This document shows positions 7,323 to 15,466 of a DNA stretch of 64,000 nucleotides, one piece after another (within the stretch, counting starts at the first letter, position 1; each line of letters opens with the position of its first letter). Where the stretch lies: IMG/VR virus record IMGVR_UViG_3300005663_000028, positions 64,001 to 128,000 of that record; one strand, given 5' to 3'. This DNA comes from a virus. The notes beneath the pieces are model-generated. The model made no database searches and was not told the origin of the DNA. It saw only the letters and a program-made list of their open reading frames with translations. Made by a program: the position numbers and the translations under genes.

Positions 7323-7526
7323 ATGTTATCAACAGAAAGAGGTGTTGCACTACAACATTTGTGTGAGCATCGCATTAACGACGCGGATGAATATGGTGCC
7401 GCATTAGAAATGATTGACTTTATAGCGACAGAAGAAAAACTCACCGACGACCAGAAACTGTTTACAGAAACTCTAATATCTATTGTTGATGAGTATGAGG
7501 AAAAACATTATCCTTATGGAAATTAA
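7323..7526 (+). CDS. 67-aa orphan protein resembling the N-terminal domain of HigA antitoxins (no HTH)
   Basis: RINDADEYGAALEMID...FTETLISIVDEYEEKHYP matches the I...EEY..AL......L..L..LVE.YEE.HYP HigA N-terminal pattern; the ORF stops where the HTH would begin. Confidence 0.7.
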   Translation: MLSTERGVALQHLCEHRINDADEYGAALEMIDFIATEEKLTDDQKLFTETLISIVDEYEEKHYPYGN

Positions 7527-7586
7527 ATTGGGTCGATAGCTCAGTAGTGTATAAACATATGCACTTACCACAAAATGGTGATATAA

Positions 7587-7769
7587 ATGCACAAAAAAGA
7601 AACTGGAATTCCGTGTTTTGAGTGTGGCAAGCGATCTGGGATAGATTGTCCTGGACGTAGACCAGACGAGGCTACTCGCTGTACTGTGTGTATGGAAGAG
7701 TTTATGGGGCGAATACGTAGAATTTCAGAAAAATATAAAGACTCACTGAAAAGACTAGCTGATTCTTAG
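7587..7769 (+). CDS. Small zinc-finger protein
   Basis: CFECG...C...CTVC, 60 aa. Confidence 0.55.
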   Translation: MHKKETGIPCFECGKRSGIDCPGRRPDEATRCTVCMEEFMGRIRRISEKYKDSLKRLADS

Positions 7770-7779
7770 GAGAAAAAAA

Positions 7780-7851
7780 ATGAATAAACAACAGCAATCA
7801 TCCCAATCGAGTAGTCAGCGGCTCAAGAGCCGTCTGGGGTGGATTGTGTAA
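7780..7851 (+). CDS. Putative 23-aa Gln/Ser-rich leader peptide
   Basis: AGGAG 7 nt before ATG; MNKQQQSSQSSSQRLKSRLGWIV. Confidence 0.45.
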   Translation: MNKQQQSSQSSSQRLKSRLGWIV

Positions 7852-7875
7852 ATTCATATATGTGAAAACACACAG

Positions 7876-7913
7876 AACCGGATGGTCCGATAGGGCTGTC
7901 CGGTTTTTTATTT
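7876..7913 (+). terminator. Rho-independent terminator / possible attenuator upstream of tRNA-Gln
   Basis: AACCGGATGGTCC-GATA-GGGCTGTCCGGTT stem (with G:U pairs) followed by TTTTATTT. Confidence 0.7.
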
Positions 7914-7930
7914 GGAAAGCTTTCCGTTTT

Positions 7931-8002
7931 GGCCCTGTAGTGTAATGGAAACACAATAGTCTTTGAAACTAGAGATTCCTGGTTCGAGCCCAGGCAGGGC
8001 CG
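7931..8002 (+). tRNA. tRNA-Gln(UUG)
   Basis: Acceptor GGCCCTG/CAGGGCC, anticodon loop CT-TTG-AA, T arm CCTGG-TTCGAGC-CCAGG. Confidence 0.9.
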
Positions 8003-8013
8003 TTTTTCCTCCT

Positions 8014-8023
8014 TGGTGTATAA
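8014..8023 (+). promoter_or_regulatory. Phage promoter-like motif TGGTGTATAA (copy 1)
   Basis: Exact 10-mer also at 8729, 23548, 24211 and 25069, each upstream of a gene start. Confidence 0.7.
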
Positions 8024-8106
8024 AACAATAGAGATGAATCCATTAAGCCTTCAGTACGCGTGTGCTGGAATCTTTGTGGCCTTATTTGTAAAGAGGAGGT
8101 ATAGTT

Positions 8107-8658
8107 ATGGGTTTAGTAACTGACACATGGGGAGCAAATCGAAATCCAAGTCCAAAACCGTTCACAATGTACAAGACCCTTTCGGTTACGGCTGCATCTG
8201 GGTCGGCAAAAACAGACACGCAGAATTTTTTCAGTAAAAATTGTCCGTTTCCTGTGAAAATCACTAGTTTTGAGGTTCAATGCGTTTCTGTTTCTGGTGC
8301 TGGCTTCAGTGGTAGTGGATCAGCTATGACCGTTGCTTTGCAAAGAGATACGAACGTTGATGCATCTCCAACCGCTCCAGTTACGGCAACATTTAGCAAT
8401 ACTATTTGTACTGTAAACTGCTCTGGTATTGCATCAAGCACAGACAAGAGCTTGTTTAAGGCTCCTTCTAATGCTGGAGACCGGGTTGATGTAGGTCTGG
8501 ATCAGACTTACGTAGCGGTTCCGAAGGGTGGTTCCTTGAGGGCAACACTGTCGGCGCAGGCTAATGATGCAATTGGAGTATCAGGCTCTACCCCTGTTGA
8601 GCTTTTAGCTGTAATAGAATGTGTACCAACAGCAACTTGGGACCAGATATACTTCTAA
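8107..8658 (+). CDS. Putative virion structural protein (beta-rich, Ser/Thr/Ala-rich)
   Basis: GAGGAGG RBS, own promoter motif and terminator; composition typical of decoration/tail proteins. Confidence 0.6.
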   Translation: MGLVTDTWGANRNPSPKPFTMYKTLSVTAASGSAKTDTQNFFSKNCPFPVKITSFEVQCVSVSGAGFSGSGSAMTVALQRDTNVDASPTAPVTATFSNTICTVNCSGIASSTDKSLFKAPSNAGDRVDVGLDQTYVAVPKGGSLRATLSAQANDAIGVSGSTPVELLAVIECVPTATWDQIYF

Positions 8659-8688
8659 TATAGTAACAAAATACATCTTTATTAGACT

Positions 8689-8720
8689 AAGATCGAGGGT
8701 GAAAACTCTCGGTCTTTTTT
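8689..8720 (+). terminator. Rho-independent terminator
   Basis: AAGATCGAGGGT-GAAA-ACTCTCGGTCTT followed by TTTT. Confidence 0.85.
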
Positions 8721-8728
8721 ATTGGCGA

Positions 8729-8738
8729 TGGTGTATAA
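8729..8738 (+). promoter_or_regulatory. TGGTGTATAA motif (copy 2)
   Basis: Immediately after the terminator, upstream of the tail operon. Confidence 0.7.
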
Positions 8739-8810
8739 TATTAATAAGGACAGAATTTAGGTTTAGGACAGACAGTACCACTTACATTTTTGGGACTGGG
8801 AAGGTGTTAT

Positions 8811-9896
8811 ATGAACGTTTCTGAAAAAGAAATGCTGATTGATCAGATAATCTGCAAAGATATTTCAGCAACAATTCTTGATCGCAATGACGCACTTATT
8901 TCGTTTGTACTCCACTCTCCCACCCCCAAAGAACAAGCAAAGGCAGCAACGGTGTATTTGGTTGAATATCAACGAGCCATCATTTCGGGTCTATTCAATG
9001 AGGAGGATACTATAAAAAACATGATCATTCTTGGCGATTGGAGTGAACAAAAAGAAACAGAAATCGCTGGATTATACAAAGACATTCACACTATACGCAG
9101 TGAATTATTAGACCTTATATTTAACACAACCAAATTAGAACGAGCACGCTCCCTTTTGCGTCGTGCTGAAACAGCATTATTGGATCGATTATCACAAAGA
9201 CATACTATACTCAACAATAGTGCAGAGAGCCATGCAATTAATTGTCAACAGAGATATTTGATTAGTTGTATTACGGAAACAGAAGATGGACTATTATTTT
9301 GGGATACTATAAATGACTTTGAAAAATTCGAAGATATCAGCATAGTTACACAGTTATGTGAATTTTTTTTCACGAAGTCCCATCTTTCATCTAAGAAAAT
9401 CAGAGAATTGGCTCGATCTCAAAGATGGAGAATGTATTGGGAGGTAGCCAAAGCCACCAATGATTTGTTTGATGGTTCTGTATCTAGATGGTCTTGGAAT
9501 CAGATAGAATTATCTTATTGGTCCACTATTTATGATTCTGTTTATGAAGCTTATGAACGTCCTTCGAGAGATATTATTGTTGATGACGATTTGTTAGATT
9601 CATGGTTTATAAAACAGGGAGAGAAAAGTAACAATAAAACAACAGTAAACACACCATCGCATTCTGGTAAGTCTGGTGGCCGTAATGAAGAATTTATTAT
9701 GGCCGACAAAGAAGGTGCTAAGCGTGTTTATAATATAAACGATTCTAATTCTCGTGCCAAAATTCAGGCTCGTCAAAAGATATTGAATCGACAGGGTGTT
9801 GTTTCGGATCAAAATATGCCTGACAGTCAAATGGAGCTTAGACAACAAGCGGTGGAAAAGGAACGACAACACATCAAAAGTATTAGTAGTAAATAA
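8811..9896 (+). CDS. Conserved phage protein upstream of tape measure (possible tail assembly factor)
   Basis: Start moved to ATG 8811 (GGAAGG RBS); position in the tail operon. Confidence 0.55.
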   Translation: MNVSEKEMLIDQIICKDISATILDRNDALISFVLHSPTPKEQAKAATVYLVEYQRAIISGLFNEEDTIKNMIILGDWSEQKETEIAGLYKDIHTIRSELLDLIFNTTKLERARSLLRRAETALLDRLSQRHTILNNSAESHAINCQQRYLISCITETEDGLLFWDTINDFEKFEDISIVTQLCEFFFTKSHLSSKKIRELARSQRWRMYWEVAKATNDLFDGSVSRWSWNQIELSYWSTIYDSVYEAYERPSRDIIVDDDLLDSWFIKQGEKSNNKTTVNTPSHSGKSGGRNEEFIMADKEGAKRVYNINDSNSRAKIQARQKILNRQGVVSDQNMPDSQMELRQQAVEKERQHIKSISSK

Positions 9897-9906
9897 GGGG
9901 GTCGTA

Positions 9907-10275
9907 ATGTCTCAAAAAGAAGAAGAGTTAGCGTTGTTACGACAACAAAACAATGAGGTTAAGCGTGGACGCATAGCCAGGGATTCCCGCGACCGTCTAA
10001 AGAAAATAGCACACAAAAAATTTAGAACTTGTTTTATTTCTGCGTTAGTTGAATTTGAGAACACTTTTGGTCTTATTGTTTGGGGTCACAACTTGCCAGA
10101 AGATGGTATTACAATAGAACAAAAAGCAAATCGAGTACTGTGGGAACAGGTTCGAAAAAATATTTTAGACAAAGGAAACACCCAATCGCGTGCATTGGGT
10201 ATGGAAATAGACCTACACAGTGTAGAGTTTGAAGGATATAGGATAGAATTTGGAGGAATAAGAGATGAGCAGTAA
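9907..10275 (+). CDS. Hypothetical tail-operon protein
   Basis: ATG 9907 after GGGGG RBS, in frame with track ORF 9796..10275. Confidence 0.6.
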   Translation: MSQKEEELALLRQQNNEVKRGRIARDSRDRLKKIAHKKFRTCFISALVEFENTFGLIVWGHNLPEDGITIEQKANRVLWEQVRKNILDKGNTQSRALGMEIDLHSVEFEGYRIEFGGIRDEQ

Positions 10276-11137
10276 AAGTGAAAAAACAATCATCAATACT
10301 GTTGATGAAGATGGCAAAAAATTACACCTTACTATTAAAATGCCAGGACATAAGGTGTTGCAAGAAGCACAAATGGTTTACAATGTTGAGTTAACATCTC
10401 TTATCAAACAAAGTGTTTCTGGAAACAAACAACTTTTCTCCAAACAACAACTAGAAAGACATCTTAACGAACTTGGCGTGTGGACGGAGGTTGATGCAAA
10501 GAGGTTTCTTCAATTACAGATAGAATTACGAGAATCGGAACTTAAGTTAAAGCAGGGTGGTATTCCTGTCTCTGAAGCAAAAATCATTGCTTTGACGATG
10601 AAAGCTAAAAGGGCGGTTCTACTAGTTCTCTATGGTCAGCGATCTCAATTTGATGCTATTACAATGGAAGCCATTGCTGATAATCATAAATTCAAGTTCT
10701 TACTTACTAAATGCATTGTTGTCGAAGAAACCAATGTCCCACTCTTTACAAGTATCAACGATTATGAAACAAAACAGAATGAAAAATCTGCTATTGATGC
10801 CGCTACAACCCTTGCTGGGTTAATATATGGATACGACGAAAACACTGAAGCTAAGCTTGTTGAAAATCAGTGGTTAGAGCAATTTGAATTTGCCGACAAC
10901 AAGGGTAGACTCGTAGATGATAATAAACGTCTTATCGATTCAGAGGGCAAACTCATTAATGAGGATGGTCGTTTTGTCGATGAGAAGGGAAGTTTAGTTG
11001 ATAATATAGGTAGACCAATAGATGAAGATGGTAATTTTGTAGTCAAGAAAACCAAGCCGTTTACAGATGATAATGGTAATCCAATAACCAAGACTACTAA
11101 AAAGCGAAAAAGCGTGAAGAGTAAGGTTAAGAAATAG
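10265..11137 (+). CDS. Putative tail assembly chaperone with C-terminal 7-aa acidic Gly repeats
   Basis: Directly upstream of the tape measure gene; repeats G.L/F.V/I.D.. near the C-terminus. Confidence 0.5.
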   Translation: MSSKSEKTIINTVDEDGKKLHLTIKMPGHKVLQEAQMVYNVELTSLIKQSVSGNKQLFSKQQLERHLNELGVWTEVDAKRFLQLQIELRESELKLKQGGIPVSEAKIIALTMKAKRAVLLVLYGQRSQFDAITMEAIADNHKFKFLLTKCIVVEETNVPLFTSINDYETKQNEKSAIDAATTLAGLIYGYDENTEAKLVENQWLEQFEFADNKGRLVDDNKRLIDSEGKLINEDGRFVDEKGSLVDNIGRPIDEDGNFVVKKTKPFTDDNGNPITKTTKKRKSVKSKVKK

Positions 11138-11149
11138 AAGGTGGTTTGA

Positions 11150-14100
11150 ATGGCACAGCCCTTTATTCTAGATGTTATTTTACAAATTCAGAAACTGGAT
11201 GGTCTTGATGTAGTCAAGCAGCAACTGGCTGGTATACAAGTGGGTGGTATTGGTCAAACTGGTAAATTGGCCAAAGGTCTAAAGAACGTGGGTATCCAGG
11301 CGAGTACTGCTGCAATACATGTAGCTAGGGGTGCTAATGTCACTATTAAAATGGGTAATGCCGCCAAGAAAACAGGTAGTCAACTTAAGGGTGCTGGTAA
11401 GGCTGCTAAAGGTTTCGGTGACCAAATACTTTTGGCGGGCAAGAGATACGGTGCATTTCTTGGTGCCACAGTTGTTGCGTTTAAGGCTTTTCAACTAATC
11501 GGTTCTGGCACTAGGGCTGTAATTGAGTTTGATCAGGCCATAGTTTCATTATCTCAAATCCTTGACAAACCAATTGATCAACTACAAGAGTTGTCTAAGC
11601 AGTTTCTAGATTTGTCGGTTACTACTGGTACGAGTGCAAAAGAAATTGCTGAAGCTGCTAAGCTGCTGGCTCAAGCTGGTTTTAGAGGTAGTGAGCTAAC
11701 AGAGGCAATCAGTCAATTAGCCAAGGTACCTCTTACTCCTATTTTTGAGAATATGGATCAAGCAGTCGACGGCGCTATTGCTGCGTTGAGACAGTTCTCT
11801 GATGAGGGCTTAACGGTAGAGAGTGTCTTTGATAAGATAATCAACGTTTCTAACAAATATGCGGCATCTTTTCCTGACATCATCGAAGGTCTCAAGAGAG
11901 GTGGTTCTGCTTTCCAGGCTATTGGCGGAACACTAGACGAGTTCATAGCAGCCTTTACAACTATCAGGTCCGTTACCAGAGAAAGTGCCTCATCTGTTGG
12001 TACATCTCTGAAAACCCTCTCTTCTCGTCTTGCTGATCCTAAGATCATCAAATTCTTGGAGACCAAAAATATCAGGGTTCTTGAAGAAGGTCAATTCGTT
12101 GGTCCACTTGAAGCGATACGTCGTATCGGTGATGGTCTTGAAAGACAAACAACTATACAAGACAAGATTAACATTGCAACCAAGCTCGGTGGTCGACGAC
12201 AAATCAGTCGTTTCTTAGCGGTGGCACAGAATGCAGAGAAAACAGATAGGATTCTGGAAGATGCCAAAAATTCTTCTGGTGCATTTAGCAAAGTGGCGGA
12301 TCAAGGATTACAGGCTATAGGTAAGCAAATTGACATACTTGTAGCAAAAGCACAAAAATTAGCAATAGACCTCGGTGCAGATTTATTCATTCCATTTATT
12401 GAAGGATTAACAGGTGCCGCAGAAGGTGCAATTGCACTACTTGGTGCACTTAAACCGATACTCCCACTTATTTCTAAAATAGGCGCTGTCTTGGCTGGCG
12501 GGGCCATAATTAAGGGTCTAGGGTCATTCATTGGGCCAAGACTTGGCCAACTTGCTGGTCCTGCTGCTTTTGCTGCCGCAGGTGGGGGTCGAAAAGGTAT
12601 TTCGGCTGGTATTGGCGCTAGTCCTTTTGCACAAGCTGGTCTTTTGATCGCTGCTTCGGAAACTGCTGCTGCTTTGGTTCGTACTGCTGATGGTGCTGAT
12701 TCTTTTACTGCGAGCTTGATTTCATCCATTGGTGCCATCACAGCCGCTATAGCATTATTCAGAGGTCAAACCATAGCACAGTTTGCTACTGGTGGTGGTC
12801 TATTTAAGAACTTAGGCAAATTAGGAAAACTTGGTGCTCTTGCTGGAACAGCAGCTACTATTGGTACCATTGCCTTACCACTTATAATAGGAAAAGCACA
12901 AGATAGTGCTCAAGAATTAACAGACAGAATAATTGAAAGTGCGAGAAAAGCTATATCAAATATTTCTCTAGACGCTGAGGGTCCGAATCAGGTTTCTGAT
13001 ATTCTTGGTAACCTATACCAAGAAGTAGGAAAGGGTATACAAGAATTCATAAAAAGTGCCGATCCACTACAAGACCCAAGTTTGTCCAAATCACTTGCTG
13101 GAATAGGAAGGGCTCTTAGCGGTTTATTCGAAGGCGACTTTGAGGCAGTATTTGGGCCAGAAGGTAGTGCGAGTAGTCGTGGTGGATTATCCAGTAAACA
13201 GATTCAAAAGAAAATAGAAGAACTTATTGGTAGTCGTCCAAAATTAGTGGAAGGACTAATTGACAGTGTTGCTCAAACCCTTATTGACACAGGGAAAACA
13301 AAAAGAGTACGAGGTAATGCTAGGCAAAGTTTGATTACACAAACCATTGCGAGTGGCCGAACTCCTGAAGCTGCTAGTGTATTAGTAGATGCGATTATTA
13401 AAGCAGCGGGAGGTTTAGATAAGTTCAATGATGGAGTTCGTAATAATATCAACACTATTCAAACAGAAAATATTGCGAGAGAAAAAACAGTTGCTTTAAT
13501 GAGAAATTTTATTCCGACTAAAGTGGTTGGTCAACTACTTAGCTTTTCTAAAGCTGTTGATAAAACAACCAGAATAATCAACACATCTGCTAAACTGTTC
13601 CAATCACAAATAGCAGAAATTGCAGGAGGCATTAGGGCTCCTAAGCTTGATTTTGATTTTGGATCACAGCAGGTAGAAAATTTGATTAAAGGTGGCGGTC
13701 TGAAAGACCTGTTCGCATTCACTCCAGATATTCCAAGTTTTGTTGGTGCCTTCGATGATATTGATTCTTTATTAAGCCGTTTTATAACAAGCGTTAGTGA
13801 CTTGCCAACTGGACTCGATTTTAATGTTGAAGACATTGTGGATCAATTTTTTAAGTTAGAAAACATACCCGCTGTTTTGAAAGATAAGTTTGCCGATTTC
13901 TTTGATACTACGGCACAGGATATACGTAATGTTGCTGAGGGAAAATTCATTAGCGCAGACGAAATTAAGCAAAGATTTCAGAAAGAATTTGAAAATCTTG
14001 GTGTAGGTACTACTGATGCTGTTGTTGAATCTGTTGTTCAATTCATGAATAGTACATTTACGCAAATTGAGGATGAATTAAATAGGCTGGCAACAGTCCG

Positions 14101-15466
14101 TCAGTTTGAGCTAGACATAGCAGTGAGGCCAGGAACTCAGGCTAGATTCTTAGAGCAACAGCTTCAACGTGTAGGAGTTTCTACTGGAGGTAGGGGAGGA
14201 CCAGTTAGAGAAGCAAGGGGTAGTATTGCTGAATTAGACTTGATAAGACGAGAAAGGGAGACTAGAGGTGCCGTTGGGGTTCCAGGTTTGCTTCCGACCC
14301 CAGAAGAAGGATTTTTTCAAGGTCCGGGGCAAAGACTTGCGGACATTGTTGGGGATGAGAGAATTAGGGCTCAACTTAGAGATCAATTCAAAGAACTGAT
14401 TACAGAATCTTCTGTTCTCAAAAGAGAATTATCAAACCTTAAACCAGGGTCGATAGATTTTATAAAAGCGTCTGAAGATTTGAGAGAACTGTCTCGTTCT
14501 ACGATCGAATTGCAAACAGCTATGGAGGCTGCTAGCCAGGCAACGCAACAATCATTGGAGATAGAAAAAAGAACACTGACACTACAACAAGGGTTGGAGA
14601 CTGCTCAAGCACAGGCTCGCGGGGCAGAATTGGTGAGACAGGGTCGCATTACACCGTTACAGGCAGATAGAAGAGCTTTCGATCTAACTCAGAGACAAGC
14701 TGAGGAACAGCGGGCTTTGCAAGATAAGTTTGATGGTATTATTGAGAAAGATAATGCATTGCGTGCAGACTTAGCCAAAACCATCAGTATCAATACCAAA
14801 AGTCAAGCAGAAATTGTTGGTGAATTTAGTATGTCTACAAATATTTTCTCCGAAGCTACACGAATTCAATTTTCTGCTGCTGAACTTATGGCGAAAAACA
14901 TCAGTGACTTTGGTCAACGCATTACAAGTACAGCCGATCTTACCGCTGGGTCTCCACCTACAACGTTCGGTGGGTTCGGTCCTGCTGCTGCGTCAAGACC
15001 TGTTGAAGAAATATCACAACAATCGACTAGTAACACGAATGAGAAAATACAAGAAAATACAAATGCACAGCGACAATCATTGGAAGTTCTTAAAGCTATT
15101 TTCAGTAGACAACAAGAGCTTCTTTCAAGAGACTTACCTCCGGAGGATGTTCGGGCCGCTGGAAGAAAAGTGGGCGATATTGAATTCTCTCAGGAAGCTA
15201 TAGAAAATCTTGCGGAAAAAATTGAAAATCTTGAAACCGCGATCAGAGAACCAAGTGAAATCAAACTAGTATCCGATCAGCGTGTAGAAATAGACCTCTC
15301 TACTCTTCCATCGGATGTAGTAAATGAGGTACGACCAATATTCGAAGAAGCTGCCCTGAAAACTGCGTCTATAGTAACCAGAAAAGCTTTGGAAAGCCTA
15401 GCCGCTAACAGCCAGGACTCCGAGATATCAATAGCAGCGACCAATACCGCACAGGAGTTAGTTTAA
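11150..15466 (+). CDS. Tail tape measure protein (TP901-like core)
   Basis: 1438 aa, Ala/Gly/Leu-rich and helical; core EFDQAIVSL...TSAKEIAEAAKLLAQAG...DKI..VSNKYA.S...I..GL.R.GS...IAAFT..RSVTRESAS.VGTSLKT..SRL. Confidence 0.92.
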   Translation: MAQPFILDVILQIQKLDGLDVVKQQLAGIQVGGIGQTGKLAKGLKNVGIQASTAAIHVARGANVTIKMGNAAKKTGSQLKGAGKAAKGFGDQILLAGKRYGAFLGATVVAFKAFQLIGSGTRAVIEFDQAIVSLSQILDKPIDQLQELSKQFLDLSVTTGTSAKEIAEAAKLLAQAGFRGSELTEAISQLAKVPLTPIFENMDQAVDGAIAALRQFSDEGLTVESVFDKIINVSNKYAASFPDIIEGLKRGGSAFQAIGGTLDEFIAAFTTIRSVTRESASSVGTSLKTLSSRLADPKIIKFLETKNIRVLEEGQFVGPLEAIRRIGDGLERQTTIQDKINIATKLGGRRQISRFLAVAQNAEKTDRILEDAKNSSGAFSKVADQGLQAIGKQIDILVAKAQKLAIDLGADLFIPFIEGLTGAAEGAIALLGALKPILPLISKIGAVLAGGAIIKGLGSFIGPRLGQLAGPAAFAAAGGGRKGISAGIGASPFAQAGLLIAASETAAALVRTADGADSFTASLISSIGAITAAIALFRGQTIAQFATGGGLFKNLGKLGKLGALAGTAATIGTIALPLIIGKAQDSAQELTDRIIESARKAISNISLDAEGPNQVSDILGNLYQEVGKGIQEFIKSADPLQDPSLSKSLAGIGRALSGLFEGDFEAVFGPEGSASSRGGLSSKQIQKKIEELIGSRPKLVEGLIDSVAQTLIDTGKTKRVRGNARQSLITQTIASGRTPEAASVLVDAIIKAAGGLDKFNDGVRNNINTIQTENIAREKTVALMRNFIPTKVVGQLLSFSKAVDKTTRIINTSAKLFQSQIAEIAGGIRAPKLDFDFGSQQVENLIKGGGLKDLFAFTPDIPSFVGAFDDIDSLLSRFITSVSDLPTGLDFNVEDIVDQFFKLENIPAVLKDKFADFFDTTAQDIRNVAEGKFISADEIKQRFQKEFENLGVGTTDAVVESVVQFMNSTFTQIEDELNRLATVRQFELDIAVRPGTQARFLEQQLQRVGVSTGGRGGPVREARGSIAELDLIRRERETRGAVGVPGLLPTPEEGFFQGPGQRLADIVGDERIRAQLRDQFKELITESSVLKRELSNLKPGSIDFIKASEDLRELSRSTIELQTAMEAASQATQQSLEIEKRTLTLQQGLETAQAQARGAELVRQGRITPLQADRRAFDLTQRQAEEQRALQDKFDGIIEKDNALRADLAKTISINTKSQAEIVGEFSMSTNIFSEATRIQFSAAELMAKNISDFGQRITSTADLTAGSPPTTFGGFGPAAASRPVEEISQQSTSNTNEKIQENTNAQRQSLEVLKAIFSRQQELLSRDLPPEDVRAAGRKVGDIEFSQEAIENLAEKIENLETAIREPSEIKLVSDQRVEIDLSTLPSDVVNEVRPIFEEAALKTASIVTRKALESLAANSQDSEISIAATNTAQELV

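Noticed and set aside
4540-7581. Shared 11-mer CAAAATGGTGA at 4540 and 7571
   Set aside because: Only two copies; the second is explained by a local hairpin and resemblance to the TGGTG promoter motif. Not enough to call a separate element.
10265-11150. Programmed -1 frameshift (lambda G/GT type) before the tape measure gene
   Set aside because: No overlapping downstream ORF between this gene and the tape measure, and no convincing slippery heptamer near its end.
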